Source: Lepidodermella squamata (taxonomy: Eukaryota > Animalia > Gastrotricha). Taken from it: 64,000 nucleotides of DNA. Numbering within the stretch: the stretch's first letter is position 1; every line of letters begins with the position of its first letter. A program made the translations under genes and the position numbers. The notes beneath the pieces were generated by a model. It ran no database searches and had not been told where the DNA came from. It was given only the letters and a program-made list of their open reading frames with translations. The stretch lies in NCBI GenBank assembly GCA_047495785.1, contig JBLDXI010000042.1:744001-808000 (forward strand). Reading direction: 5' to 3'. Positions 48,193 to 62,200 of the stretch are shown piece by piece.

Positions 48193-49921
48193 ATGATAGC
48201 TCTACGATGGTGGTGAGACGAGATCGATGGACGTGTATAGGATTGCCGCTCGGCTGGTTCTTGCTCAATTTTCTTGCCTATTTGGCGTTGATCAGCTACA
48301 AATCAACGACCCAAGTTTCGAAAATCGACGATGGCCGGCCGATTATAACTGCTTTGTTCGGCAAAATTATACCTCGAAAGAAAAAGGTAAAAAAATTGAA
48401 TTTTTTGAAAATTGGGACCTTAAAGCATTAGAAAACTAAAATGGAAAAAATTCAAAAAAAAAATAGAAATTAATTCAATTTTAAAATTTCAATTTTCGAA
48501 CTCAAAAAGGGGAATTTATAAAAAAAATTCCAATTTAGATTGAAAATTCGAACTATACCCTAGGTTTTAATTTTCTGAATTCTATCTAAATTCTCTGGTT
48601 ATAGAATTTTTTTGAAAAAATTTGGAATTTTTAGAAATTCTAAATTCATTAAAGGTTCTTACGTGCTCAATTCGACCTAATTTTCCATTTGACTAGGCTT
48701 CAGATTTGAAAATTGAAGTCGAAATAAATGAGCGGAAGCATCGAATCACCGAAGCGTGTCGAAATATGCGTGAAACGCACTCAATCTCCACCTCAAATTT
48801 CGAACTTGACTGGGACTCATTCGCCGAATTTCGCCGCAATAAATCGGCCAAAGTTCGCCCGGCTTGGTGGCAGTTTTTACTCGTCAATGAAAAGCACCAA
48901 TTTGTCTACTGCATGACGCCTAAAGTTGCTAATACCAACATTCGGCACTACATTATGAAGCTATCGAATAGTTCGATTTTAGGCGGGAATTTACTGGAAA
49001 AATACGACCGGCTTCAACAGTTGGAAATTTATCGGCGGTATTTGATGTATAATGAAGACGTGAGGCCGTTATCGTATTTCGAAATCGATCGAGCTCAAAA
49101 ATTTATGGCGAATTTCAAGAAAATTGCGTTCTATCGGGACCCGATTGATCGGCTAATTTCGGCATGGCGAGAAAAATTGTCCACGATCAATTCGGATGGT
49201 GTAAATACAAAAGTCTTCAAGGTAAACAAATAAATTGAATTAAATTTTGGAGTGTGCCAATAATTTCTTCAGAAATTATGTTCAAATTATATTCGAATTG
49301 GTGAACTTTTTTTATAAGAAATTTCAGATTTCCAATTTTTGAAATTTAATTTTTTTTTTAATTTTCAACAGATCAAAATTCACAACTTTTAATTTCTTTT
49401 TTGACATCATCTTTGAAATTTTTATTCAAAATTTTCAAATTTCAAATTTCAAAATTTCAAAAACTCTGAAGGAAAGATTCATTAATTTATTTCATTCGGT
49501 AATTTATTTATAGAAAATTGGCCGCCAAATAATGAGAAAATGCCGTTCCAATGCGACCTTTGCGGAAATCGATCACGGCCTTCCAGTCGCCCTGGATGAA
49601 TTTCTGTGCTTCATAGCCTCAATGCCGCCATCTATGTCCCTAAACCAACACTGGCGATCACAGTTTGACATTTGCAAATATTGCGCTATCAACTACGATT
49701 ATATCGGCTATTTGCCGGCGAAAAATGGTGAAAAATTCAGCTTGGAAGTTGAGTTCATTTTCCGACAGCTGACTGGCTTGAAAAAGGTTCCGAAATTCCC
49801 GCGACCTAATCAAGGGAAATCGAATATGGCATTGAGCCAGAAATCGCAAGATACTCTGAGATTCATAGCTTGGAAAAAATATTCTATTGACTATTTGCTA
49901 TTCGATGTCGGAACTGTTTAA
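48193..49921 (+). CDS. Carbohydrate sulfotransferase 2, tandem paralog
   Basis: TM; YCMTPKVANTN; RDPIDRLISAW; NQHWRSQ..ICKYC..NYDYIG; YSIDYLLF. Confidence 0.85.
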
Positions 49922-50294
49922 TAAAGAAGCCCTAAATTTTGCGATGATTCGTTTTACTTGTTAAGAAGTCCAGATATTTTTACCAGGTTGACGGACAGGA
50001 AGAAGCACTGCGCATGCAGCTCGAAAAATAACTCTGAAAGATGAAACTGAGCAATCCGCAGGCAGGGTCTGTTGGTATCCATAGCCATCTGCATATGATA
50101 ACACCTCGGCACAATAGGCTTTGAGCATTCATACTATCCGATGTTAGCTTTACCATTGCAATGCACTAATTTATTTTCTTGAAGTTATCGGAATTTGTCA
50201 ATGAATAGCATTTGGATTTAGAATAGTAATTAGGCTTAAGGTTAGCAGTTGGCATAATTCAATAGCAGTCAATAACGGCTTCGAGTCGATGGTT

Positions 50295-53200
50295 TTAGTT
50301 CATGCCAGGAATTTGGAAAGCAGCGCAATTGATCTCGACAATGCGCAGCTGGCCCGAAGTGAGAACTTGATTGAAGATGTTGATGCAAGACAAACCCGTG
50401 CCAAGCTGATCTTGCGCATCTGCCCAGGATCTGACATAGGACGAACAATTGGTTATTTACGCAGTTATAGGTATAATAAACAGTTACCGCCCAATGATGA
50501 ATTGACCACTTTTCGTGATGGGCCGCTGGCCACTGCCTATCAAAAAACTCTGGCTGTCGGCATAAAAACTCAACTTGTCGCCGTCCGCATCGAACGTGAT
50601 TGCTAGAAGCAGCCAATACTGCTGCGTCGGGCAGGATATTGAAGTTGAATTTTGGCCGTATGGACGAATGCTAAACGAGTATCCTGCGGCAGTGACCTTG
50701 AGTCCCTGCGTCGTACCGTCAGGGCCGAATTCAAGTATCGGCTTGTACGATTTAATAAAACTCGGGGCAAAAAAGGAGATGGTGAAACTGCCACTGTCGA
50801 GCTTGACTTTGTCAGAAGTTACTACTATAGGATCGGTAGAGTTGTAGAGAAATGCCTTATTCGCAAAAAAAGGCCCGGCAGTTGGCGTCAGAGCCGTGTT
50901 AGGAGGTGTCGCATCGGCTCTAGGATCAACGAGATCGTTGAAATCGGACACTAGCGGCCAAAGACCGATGTTTGACGGCAGAAGGGTGTTCAATGCTTCG
51001 GGCTGCCAAGTTTTGCCGGCGTGTATTTGTGCGCACTTCTTCCTCACCATCCACAACTGTTCGGTGGATAGAGCTCGATCGAAAATTGAGACACAAGTTA
51101 GCTGTCCCGGAAGACTCGCGTTGTTGGCGAGGTTTCTGACAAATTTTATGTGATTGCTCGTAATAACTGCCGAAGAAGTGTGCTGACCAACAACTCGGTG
51201 GCAAAAATAGGTAAACATTTTGGAAATGTTATCGTATGAGACAGCGATAAAGATCCATGGCTGATATTCATCCGTTTTTCCATAGCAGAAGGTCACCATG
51301 GGTATCGCATTTGAGCCTGTCAAAATATTACTGGCTTGAATTGAATGAAAAATTATACTAATAATATGCAAATTGAGAAACAACGAGACTCAATTGAGGA
51401 AACCATAGAACAACCTTTATCTATGGAGGGACGGACCTATAAGCGATAGAAAACACGGGCTAACACATTTTAAATTTACCCGTAGTTTTACAAATCTTTC
51501 AGCTATCTTAGAACTATCCAGAGACGGACTTTGAGAGGGACTCAGTATCATTACAGTGCTCCCTCGATAAAAGCACTGGGTCGGGAGCCAGACCCGGTCT
51601 TTAAACAAGGGAAAGCTATAACGAGGGCTGTAATTGAATGCAGGAGCTAAAAATAGACCGTTGCTACGTCTTAAGACAGTTGCGATGGCAACGCGCTGAA
51701 AGAGACGGACACGGATTATGTGTAATTGCAAATTTAGCTCGCTGAAGGCTGTGAAACGATTAAGCGATGAATCATAAGTGCGTCGTAAAGTTTATTTTCC
51801 TAGTTGCCTTCAGCTTCAGTTTCCTAGAATAATTCTGAAAAACACCAGAAAATTTAGCGTAACATTTTCTAGAAGACGGAGTGTTCAATTCAGAATTCAC
51901 GCTTCGCATACATTTTTAAGAATTATTCAAAAATGACTAATTAATGTGAAAAAATGAAGATATGTTCGAAAACTTTTACGCAGCTACGCTGCCTCTTTCT
52001 TTTTTGAATTTCACTGAATTAATGGCATTGAGCGATCACGGACCTCGTAATTTCAAGGCATAAGACGTGTGGTTCCGTCAAGGGGATTCGATAGAAGATT
52101 CGATTGAATCGAATGAATTATTATCCTCTCAGGCGTGGTCTGATTTTCATTCCCTATTAAGATCAGAGCAAGTTGAAAAAATCGGGCAGAAGCTCCCGCC
52201 GCCCCTTCTCGGGATGTTGCAATTTTCAAAGTCAAAATCGAATCATAAAAAGTTGTGAAAAACCGGGAAAATTGCCAGGGCGCTGAGCAATGAAATCGTT
52301 AATTAGTGGCAGCGAGTTGCATGCTAGATCAGGCCTATCGACTTTCAAAAATCGGCTAAAATATCCAATAACTCAGGATAACTCGAACGAATGATAACGG
52401 TTTATTATGGCTTATTTGCAGACCCCCCCTAGAAAAGTGAACGACGAGAAATTCAAATTTTGCGCGTTTCTGTGTGGTTGTCACTCGAATTTAATGTTTA
52501 TTTGGAATAAATAAGAAATTTAATTTTTAAAAGCATTTTCAAAAATTAATATTAAAAGCGCGCTATTTCCTGGTCTCGTCTTCGCGGACTTAGGTGTTTT
52601 CGCCGCTCGCCGGCCGGAATCGGAGTTCCGGTCACCCAGCGCCCGGTTTTCGGGAGTTGTATCGTTCAAAGTGTAAGCACATGTTCCAAATGTTCCTTTC
52701 ATCTTCTAGTTGTTAAAAATGAAGCAGAATCAAAAGTTTTGCAAAAAACCGCTGCCGCCGCTCATACCTGTTGATTCGCGTATTCGCCATCTATTCCCTG
52801 GCGAAGTACTCGAAGATGCTAACCAAAGAGCATTCGCTTGGAGAGACGACGGTGAATTCGGACCTGTGTGGAACGTTGAGATACAGTCTAAAAGTCTGAT
52901 GTCCCTGGACGATATCGTTGAATTTTTCGAATCGAACTCCGAAGTCCGCTTCAAGAAGGAGACCCACCCAAATTCTGACCCAAAAGGGGGTCAGTTCGAA
53001 GTGGTCAAGAAACTAATTTGCAACCATGCTCCGCATGAGACGAATAAGAAAATTTCTAAGAAAATTAATGCTGCTCCCGGTGAACTCAAGCAGCAGCGAA
53101 TCCAAGAGTCGAAGATTACCGAGTGTGAAATGCGGATCGAATATCGTCGCCATTCGGTAACTAGAGGATCCAAATCGAATGATGCTAACAAGACGCGCCG

Positions 53201-56200
53201 AGATCCTTATTATTTTACGCACCCAGTGTCTATCATTGTAAGGTGGGAGCACGACCATCACTTGGATGTGGCTGATTGCTATCGCCACAGGAAGCTGAAG
53301 AAGGAAACGTTGGTGGAAATGGAAGAATATTTAGCATTACATAAGAGTATATCTAAAGCTTCCTCAGAGTATTTCAAAGCCAAAGAAAAGGAACAGATGG
53401 AGTTGTACCCTGATGTGCCTTACGAGAAGCTTGTCGCGAACAGAGAAATTTTCCCTCTCGATAATGACTGGTACCACCTTAATCGAAAGCTACTTATCAA
53501 GACTCATGGCGAATTAACCATTGATTCTATGATGGAGCGCTTGAGAGAATTCTCCGAAAAAAATCGAGATCGCTGTATGTTTGAAACTTGGGAGCACGAT
53601 GGTGTCAAGCAATGGTGTATGGTTTTACGAACGGATTTGATGGCTAGAGTTCGCAATCTTATTCGAGAGGCGACCGAGATATTGTTTGTTGATTCTTCGT
53701 CATCGATGGATTTAGTTCATTCTTCTATAACTTTGATAATGACATCTTCACAAACGATCGGTGCATTGCCCGTGGCAATAGCTTTACATCGCTGCCAAAC
53801 AACAGACAATTACTCCAAAGCTTTCTCGCTTGTTAAAAAATTCATTGGTAGTTACAATGGTTGTTTTACGATTGATATGTCAGACGCAGAACTGGAAGCT
53901 TTAACTGCCACCTTCCCAGGTATTTTTTACTCTTTTTAATTAAATATATATTTACTCTAGTGAATATTGAAGGGTGCGACATTTACTGGTGCATGTTCCA
54001 TGTACTGCAAGCAGTTTGGCGTTATATCGTTAATCGTGACCACAACATCGTCCGCGAGGATTGGGTTTTCATATTCGAATCATTTCATGCTGTTGCCTAT
54101 TCTAACACCGAACCCGAGTATGAACGAAATCGTCGCGCTTTCATGTCAGACGAACGGGTGCTCAAATATCCGAAATTGGTGGAATATCTCAAATGCTATT
54201 ATGAAAATGAAAATGCTTCAAGATGGGTCATGTGCTTTCGTGGCAAGAATCATTGCGGTAATATGACGAACAATCCAGTCGAGCGAGCCGTCGGAATATT
54301 CAAGGATGTGGTTTTAGATCGAGTACGGGCGTATAGTGCAGTAGAGTTAGCTGACTTCACAATCACTAAATTTGATGAGTTCTATCGTAAGAAACTACTC
54401 GACGTATCACTCAAAAGACGCGCTATGAAAATCAATTATACGAAAGTGGATGCAGGCATCGAACATTTCTCCGAAATTGAGCCGGGTATTTACCACGTCA
54501 GCGTTGAAAATGGAAATGACTACTTCGTGAACTTAAACAAATTTACCTGTTCTTGCTACTGTGGGGAAAAACGGGGGCTATGCAAGCATGTAGTTTCCAT
54601 AGCCTTATCTCGAAACATCACTCTGCCTGATCATCTCTTGGCAGATCCCAACGACCCTCTGGTGCGAGAGCGTCTCTGTCTAATTGCCACGGGCAAAACC
54701 TCTGGTGCTAATTTCTTGCGCGGTCTCAAGGATTCTAGAGGTGAGTATTTTTTCTAAGAAATATTTTTTATTTTTTAAATTTTTTATTCAGACTACGGCG
54801 GCGAAGGGAAGACTTCAAATCAGGCTGAAGAAATTGATGAGCAGAAAGAAGGATTGATGGATTTATCAGAAGTGTCTATTGACGTTTTCGACGCGGACAT
54901 GGCTGAAGAGGATAAACCACCGGGGATCAACTCTGAGTTGTCCATACACGACTCCTGGTTGTTAAACCAGTCCTTGGCTTTTGACGATGTTGCAACAATT
55001 CCTCTGGAATGCGTGAAAATGAGCTCACCATCGCAGCCTGAATGCAAAAAGCAACTAGCTTTCGACGCTCTTCATTCAGCTGTTGATCAAATGGAGAAAT
55101 GCTGCGCTGTTTCAAATAATACGTTCATCTTCCAGGTGCGTAAATTCGCGGATAACTTGACCAAGTACACAGCGAAGGGACCTGCTACCACTGAGTCGTT
55201 CTTGGCGCGTTGCAATATGAAGGCTTCGTCTGGTACTCGTCTGCATGGTCGTATTGCTGTTCAATCTACGCAGCTAGGGCGCCGAACTGTACCGTCTGGC
55301 TCCGGCTTTCGACAGCGACCTGGCCGCAGAAGTATTGCCAGCCAACTTCTCGTCAATACGAGACCATCTGATAACGTGACTGGACATTTTAAGTCGCGTT
55401 ATAAGTTGAAAAAAACTGCTTTGAAAGTGATGAAAAGAAAATAATAAATAAAAAAGACTCGAAGTTTAATCTGTGATCTTGAGTTTTTCTTACGGAGAGT
55501 TCTTGAGTTCTTCACTGAAGAATTTGAGCAAGAGTATACTCCAGAAGACGCCACAGGACGTAAATTTTGAAAAAAACGAACTCTTGTTTTTACATCGGTT
55601 TTCAGTCAATCTGACCTTGCTGAGATCAGCGCAATTTACAGAATTGTTCTAGCCTTCATAGTTTTCCATCTGCAACATAGGGAACGCTAGGACGACGCCG
55701 CGGCGTCGCGCGCGTTCGTTGCCCAACGAACGAACAAAATCCCGTTGCTAATGTAAACAAAATATTGTTTAAAATTCCAATTTCTTTCTTATTTTTATTT
55801 TTAAATGTGTTTCTAAATACAAATTAAATTTGCAGTGAAAAGTAAGCGGAAAAACGCGAAATTTGAATTTCTCGTCGTTCACTTTTCTAGGGGGGGTCTG
55901 CAAATAAGCTTTATTATGAGAATAAATCTATGTATCAAAATTCAATTAAATCTGAAAACATGGACACGATTCTTCGTGATTACGCAACACGGGTGGGAAA
56001 TAAATTTGAAGAACTTGAAAAAGTCATTCAGAAAAATAATTTAGAGTGGAAAATTCAAGAATTGTCGACCAGAAAACCTGGATTATTAATAGTGATTATT
56101 AATAGTGGATTATTAACTGTGAGCCTAATTTCCTATTAGGCTCACAGTTTATTCCAGCGGGGCTCATTTAAAGATGTCAGAAATTTAAAAAAATACCACG

Positions 56201-59200
56201 AAGTTTCAGATTTTCCTAAGAAAAGTAACGATTTTAATCCTGACTCATGCTAATAATACTGATAAATTAAAAGAGATTTTCTGGCCGGGAAAACTGTTAA
56301 ATAATGAAAAATGATGGCAATTCAATGGGTAATTTGTTTGATCAGCAATCGACCTCATGGAAAATCTGCAAATCAATAAGATTGAAGATAGAAGGGCATT
56401 TTTATAGTTGAAACGAATTACTAATTTTTTCTGATGAACTGGCGTAACTTCTGGAGGAATTTCAACTAAAAAACAGGACGACTCGCAGCTGGCAGTGGCA
56501 GCTAATCCCACTCTGTTGCACAATCAAAGTCATTTCAAAGCCGCAAGAACAGCTTAATGCACTGATGATCTTTCAACTCGTTTGAACTAAACTTGAAATA
56601 ACTGGATCTCTCAAAACCACGACAACGCGCGCTAGGTTTCTAGGAACGCTTTATTATTTTAACTTTTCACGCTTAATTTTTTTAATCTGTCAAATAATTA
56701 TTTTTTGTTTAATTAATAATTTTCCACAAATTTATTTATCAGGGTCCAAAATTACGGTCTACAAACGAGGGAGTTCTTTTAAGGAGGGTGCCACTAACGA
56801 GGGAGCACTGTACCACCCTAGTCCGGGCACGAAAAATAAAGAATTAGCCCACTGTTTCGCCAATAGCCAAATGTGAGGTTTCAGAGGTTTAATAATGTTT
56901 TCAATAATGTAGTTCAATGTCTTTCTCATTGACCCACATGGACCGCACCCTGAGCCGCTGCGGGCAAAATCTGTCTTGGTACCACACCATCGTTCGGCGC
57001 CCTGGGCTCTCCTTCCGCTGGCGTCGTGCCAGCTACCTCGCTCTCGTCCGCTCGATCGCCTCTTTCGGCTGCGTCGTCTTTTCGTCCGCTGCAAAGCTAC
57101 AGTTACGCAGCCTCGACGTCCTCCAGAACAAGTGCATGAGTGCGATGCTCAACGTTCGCCTGGCTGACCGCGTTCGCATCACCGATCTCGAGCGGCGTTG
57201 TCGCCTGCCCAGCCTTTCGGAGTTTTTCTCCCAAGTTCAAGTCCGTTACGCCGAGAATGCCTGCAGACATGTGCTACCACTTCGCGAGCAAATCGAAGGC
57301 GTCCGCTTACGTCCGCCAACGACGATGAAGTCACCCGTAGTCCTCCATGACCGCCTGTCGTCGGGCCCGCTCCCTGTCTTCGTGACTTAGTCCACCCTTT
57401 CCCCTTTATTCCTTGTATTCTCCGTCCTTCTCTTATCCTCTGTTCTGTCTCTGTCCGAATTTCTTTCTATTCCTTCCTTCTGTCTCTGTTTCTTTCTTCT
57501 CATCATTCCTGTTCACGCTCTTCTCTTCATTTACGTTGCTCTATGTCTTCTGAACTGTTCTAGCACTTTCGTTCACTTTCCTATCTACCCGTACCCGATA
57601 ACACTTGAGCTTCTGATAAATCCTTCCTTTCTGCCTCCCCAATAGTGTCATCCGCGAACTGTCTTAGACAATCGCGTGTCCTCTGTGTGCCGGCGCCTGG
57701 TCTGACATATGTATCTTCATTGTTATTATTTTCTGCCTTTAAAGTTAATTTGTATGTCAACTAAGGACAAATAAAACAGATTTTCGTTCGTTTCGTTCAT
57801 TTCATACGGCTAAATTCAGCACCCTATTTCGCACCGATGCGGGATAGAATTGGATATATACTAATAATTTGAGGGGTTCGAGCGAGTTTTCTGACGCAAA
57901 ACGCAAACATTATGAGTCACGCCAACACTCAACGTTTCTCCCATTCAATCAAGTCAATCACTTTTGTTTCCGAGCAAAAACGAAGCAACTATCGCCTTTA
58001 AAATCCCGCAGAACAAATTGATTATGTAACATTTCACATTTCACTTAATGCTCGCAAGTCATTCCTAAACGAGTTTGGCCACGATACTTAGTTGACAGGT
58101 CACTGCAGCGTATTGTGCCGTATTCTCATGATCTTCGATCTTCAATGAGACCTGATTCCTAAGACCTAAGACCTAAGATTACTCTTACTCAAACTCATTT
58201 AATTATCGTCTAATATCTCTCATCCTATGATCAACAGTTTGCAGAAGTATTCCGTCCAACAGCAATCTTTTTGGCGAGGTCAAAGTGCTGGATGGCTGCA
58301 TGCCAAAATATCTTGAAGACACATTTGCAGAGAATTTCAGCGTTCCCGAGGACCCCTATTTCGGCTACGAATGCTTTTGGAAAGGTCGAGCGCATTCGGG
58401 TGGCGGAGGCGTCGGCTTACTGGTCTACAAAACACACGCGGTGGTTGTCGAACGATCGCTGCCATCGAAAGTCTTTGAAAATTATCAATGCGTTGTAACG
58501 CTACCATCCGGGAAAAGTCTTGCTATGACCACGATCTACAGGCGACCGAATTGTTCCAGTGACGAATTCAATTACAATGATGCCGAAGAATTCATCCACC
58601 CCAGTTCGGCCGGGCAAAACAACAAAATTATCGCACTGTGTGGTCAATTTTGAGAGGTTTTGATGCATGTTTCGGTGGAAAATCTTCATAACTTGTCATT
58701 TTGGCAAAAACAGCGGCATTTGTTTTCATCACTGGCAGCTCCGGGATCCAAGATCGCGCCCTGCTTGCAACTGTCGACGAGCCGGACGACTGCGAAACGT
58801 TCTGGTCCCGAATCAAACTTCAACTCCTAGCAGTGATGGACGAAGATGCCCCGATGATCGACAAGAACAAGCTAAAAAGCGAAATCGCCAAACCAAGAAG
58901 CATTTCGATCCAACGCTCACCTGGCGTCAACTTCAACCACAGCGACGCAAAGCGCGCCGTGCTCGATATCGTCGGCGAGTTAAGGAGGCTGGCAACGACC
59001 CGCGAAAATTGTGGCGAATCGTCAAAGATTTCCGTCTCCAAGAGATGAGCCATTGCAAAAGGCCACAAATTTTAATCTGTTCTTCTTACAAACAGGAAAA
59101 ATCGTGGCCGAAAGTCTCGGAGGCTGTCTGAACTTTGCGAGGCGTAAACGAAGCACAACGCCGTTTACGTTTCGACCTGTCTTGGTCGCCGACGTCGAGA

Positions 59201-62200
59201 AAGCGATCGACAAACTGAGTCACAATGCTACAACCGGTTTCGACGGCATTCCTGAGTGCATCATCAAGATGGCCAAGCTCTCGATCGCTCAGCACCTCAG
59301 AGTGCTCATCAACTCGGCTATTCGAGATGGCGTAATCATCATCGATTATCATCGATCGGAAAACGGTCATCGTCACGCCGCTGCACAAGTCCGGTTCTAA
59401 AGCTGAGCTTTGCAATCTCAGGCCAATTTCGATGACCTCATCGCTGGCACGTACATTTGAGCGCTGCCTGGCAACACCGCTGAAGGTCCATCTCCGCTCG
59501 ATCAAATTCCTTACGTCAGCACAGCACGGGTTTCCACAATACCATTCGACTGAAACTTGTGTGGCATCATTCACCAAACGTTGGCGTCATTTGCTAGACA
59601 GTGGAAATGTAGTTGGAGCTATTTCTATAGATCTATCGGAAGCGTTGGATACGCTGAATAGCGAGGGTACTCTAGAATCACTTCGATGCGCTGGCCTTAC
59701 AGATTCGCTCAATTTCAATTCGCTTGATGATGAGTTATTTAAGCAACCGCCACCAAACCACCAACATCTTTGGCGAATCATCTCCGTTCGAGTCGGTTGT
59801 ATGCGGTGTGCCACAAGGATTAGTCTCTTATGTTCACGATCTCCCCCTGATCTTGAGCCGATGCGGCATAACTCAAGACGCTGACGACGTTACCATTTTC
59901 TTTGGTTCGAAAAACATCAACGAACTGCAAGCTGTTCTACAACTGGAACTCAACAGGTTGTGTACACGGCTGAAGCAGAATAGCCTGGCGGTAAATGGTG
60001 AAAAATCGCAGTTCATGCTGCTCAAGCCGCACCTTTCCACTGCGCCTGACTTCACGGTCACCATCGGTGGCGTTGCGATCAGGCCGTCTTCCGGCTTTCG
60101 TATTGACGATGAGCTCTCATTCGACGATTATGTCGAGATGGCGAAGGACAAGGCTCGAAATTATATGTTGTTTTCCTCATATTTTGCCAAGCTTCCCTCT
60201 CTTGGGTGTAATAGCTTCTAAATAAATAAATAAATAAATAAATGGACTTCTGAGTTTTTCAACGACCCTAACAATATGATCAGAAAACAGAACCGAAAGT
60301 TTACCCGCAAATCCCAGCAGCGTGTTCACTTTAGGATTAAACTCCAACTTGAATTGAATTGATAGTTGACTGTCGTATAACTCGAGGATTCTGACGCCAG
60401 CATTAGAAAAATTCGCAAAGCCAGCATAGAATGAGATTGTGAATGAATCATTTAGAACGAGCCGGCTACTTGCAACTTCAAAATAGCCGGCTGAATCTCC
60501 GACAGAAAGGGCCGCGTTAGAATAGTCGAATGGCCCAGTTACAAACGAGAGCGACGAGCCACCAACTATCGCTGATTCAATATTGTTGCCACTGATATCG
60601 CGGATGTCGTATTCCTGCGTGAGAGGGAAGAAAGCCAGGTCGCGGGGTAACCCGAAAGGAGTTACTATTCGAGGAAAGAAGTTCATTCACCGGAACGACT
60701 GGTCATCAATCAAACATACGCTGATTGCACTCTTCAATCGTGGCGTACGTCGTGCTATTTGCTTGCGTCTAAATTGCAATAACATTAACTCAGATTAACA
60801 GCAAACAATAACTGTTACCATATTTTGCGGACAATTATCTGAAGCAGGAATGCACACGGTCGCCATCAGAATCTGATTTGTGCAGAGCTTGTACTAAAAT
60901 AAATAAAGTTATGTTCAACTTCTTAAATTTAAAGTTGAAAAATTGCGGAAATTGAGAAACTTCAATGATAACTGCTTTCGCCAGAATCATTTTAAAACTT
61001 GAATATTGGTTCGTTTGGCGAAAGTGATTTTCAAGTTTTCAAAGCAAATACCCGAATTTCTGTCGCCGCCATCTTGCAGGCATCGTGATTTTCTTTGAAT
61101 GACGTTGAGTTGCGATAGACTGCACCCTAACATCAATAAATGGCATCAAAGTCCGAAACCAAGTCAACTGACACGCATACCCGGGTACCACTCGGAAAAG
61201 CTCCATAGCACTGCTTGCCATTGCTTGTGACACATTGGACGGCTCTCTATTAAAAAAAGTAATATTCAAACGCAATCATCAATCAATAAATACCTTGTAT
61301 GATAGAAAATAAATGATTTGAAATAGAAAATTCCAAAAGGGGGCACCTATTCGCAACTAAGCTGGAATTATGTGCAACACAGAAACAAATTGATAAAGGA
61401 GGCCCGCCAACAGCAATAACTCGATGTTTTCGCCAAACGGATGCTGGAACAGCACTGTCCCGCCTGGCATCTAAGTTAACATAAAAAAATCCGCGAAAGC
61501 AGACTGCCACCAAATAACCGCGAACTTCAAGTCTAAAAAAAATTTCCTTGTTGCACCTTATGTGCCTGTATGACCTTTTCTGCCTTGGACCGAAGCTTCG
61601 CCTTGAGATCAAAAGGGTAACTGAACCTCGAATGAAATTAATGCCTCCTCTCTCGTTACAGACCCTGTGACTGCTGTGACGCCGAGTCGTGAGCATTGAG
61701 CCTGCAGATCCACATGAGCTAAACCCCGAGCCTTCTGCCCCTTCCGTAAGTATTTTGCGATTAATAAGCCTATATTTTCTCATTTTCCAGGCACTAAGCA
61801 TTGAATTCGAGCATTGCTAAGCTTTGATCTGCACCGAATCGAGGACGTCACTAACTCACCGGCAATTTTCTTCTTGTATATGATCCAGTAAAGAAAAAAT
61901 ACGGGACCCCTCTACTTCCGGCCCCCGGTACTTCGCAAACTGTACTGAACTGTACTCGCTAGCGTTTCGGTATAACCCTCCATTTGACAGTGATTCCATC
62001 TCGCCATTGTTCTCTACTTGTGGTAAATAATTTACTCAAGCATACAAAATCTCGCGGTAGAATGACTTTCTCTGCGGTAAGTTCAGCTATATCATGAAGG
62101 AAGGAGTTAGAACTGCGCGCAGCGACAAAGGGTTATCTGATTGTGTGTGCGCGCGCAGCCGCGGGCGTACTTACAATACGCGTACGTTTTACGCAACCGC

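Noticed and set aside
61283-61801. 172-aa minus-strand ORF
   Set aside because: Lies in an intron of the Cys-repeat/LamG paralog with no recognisable motifs
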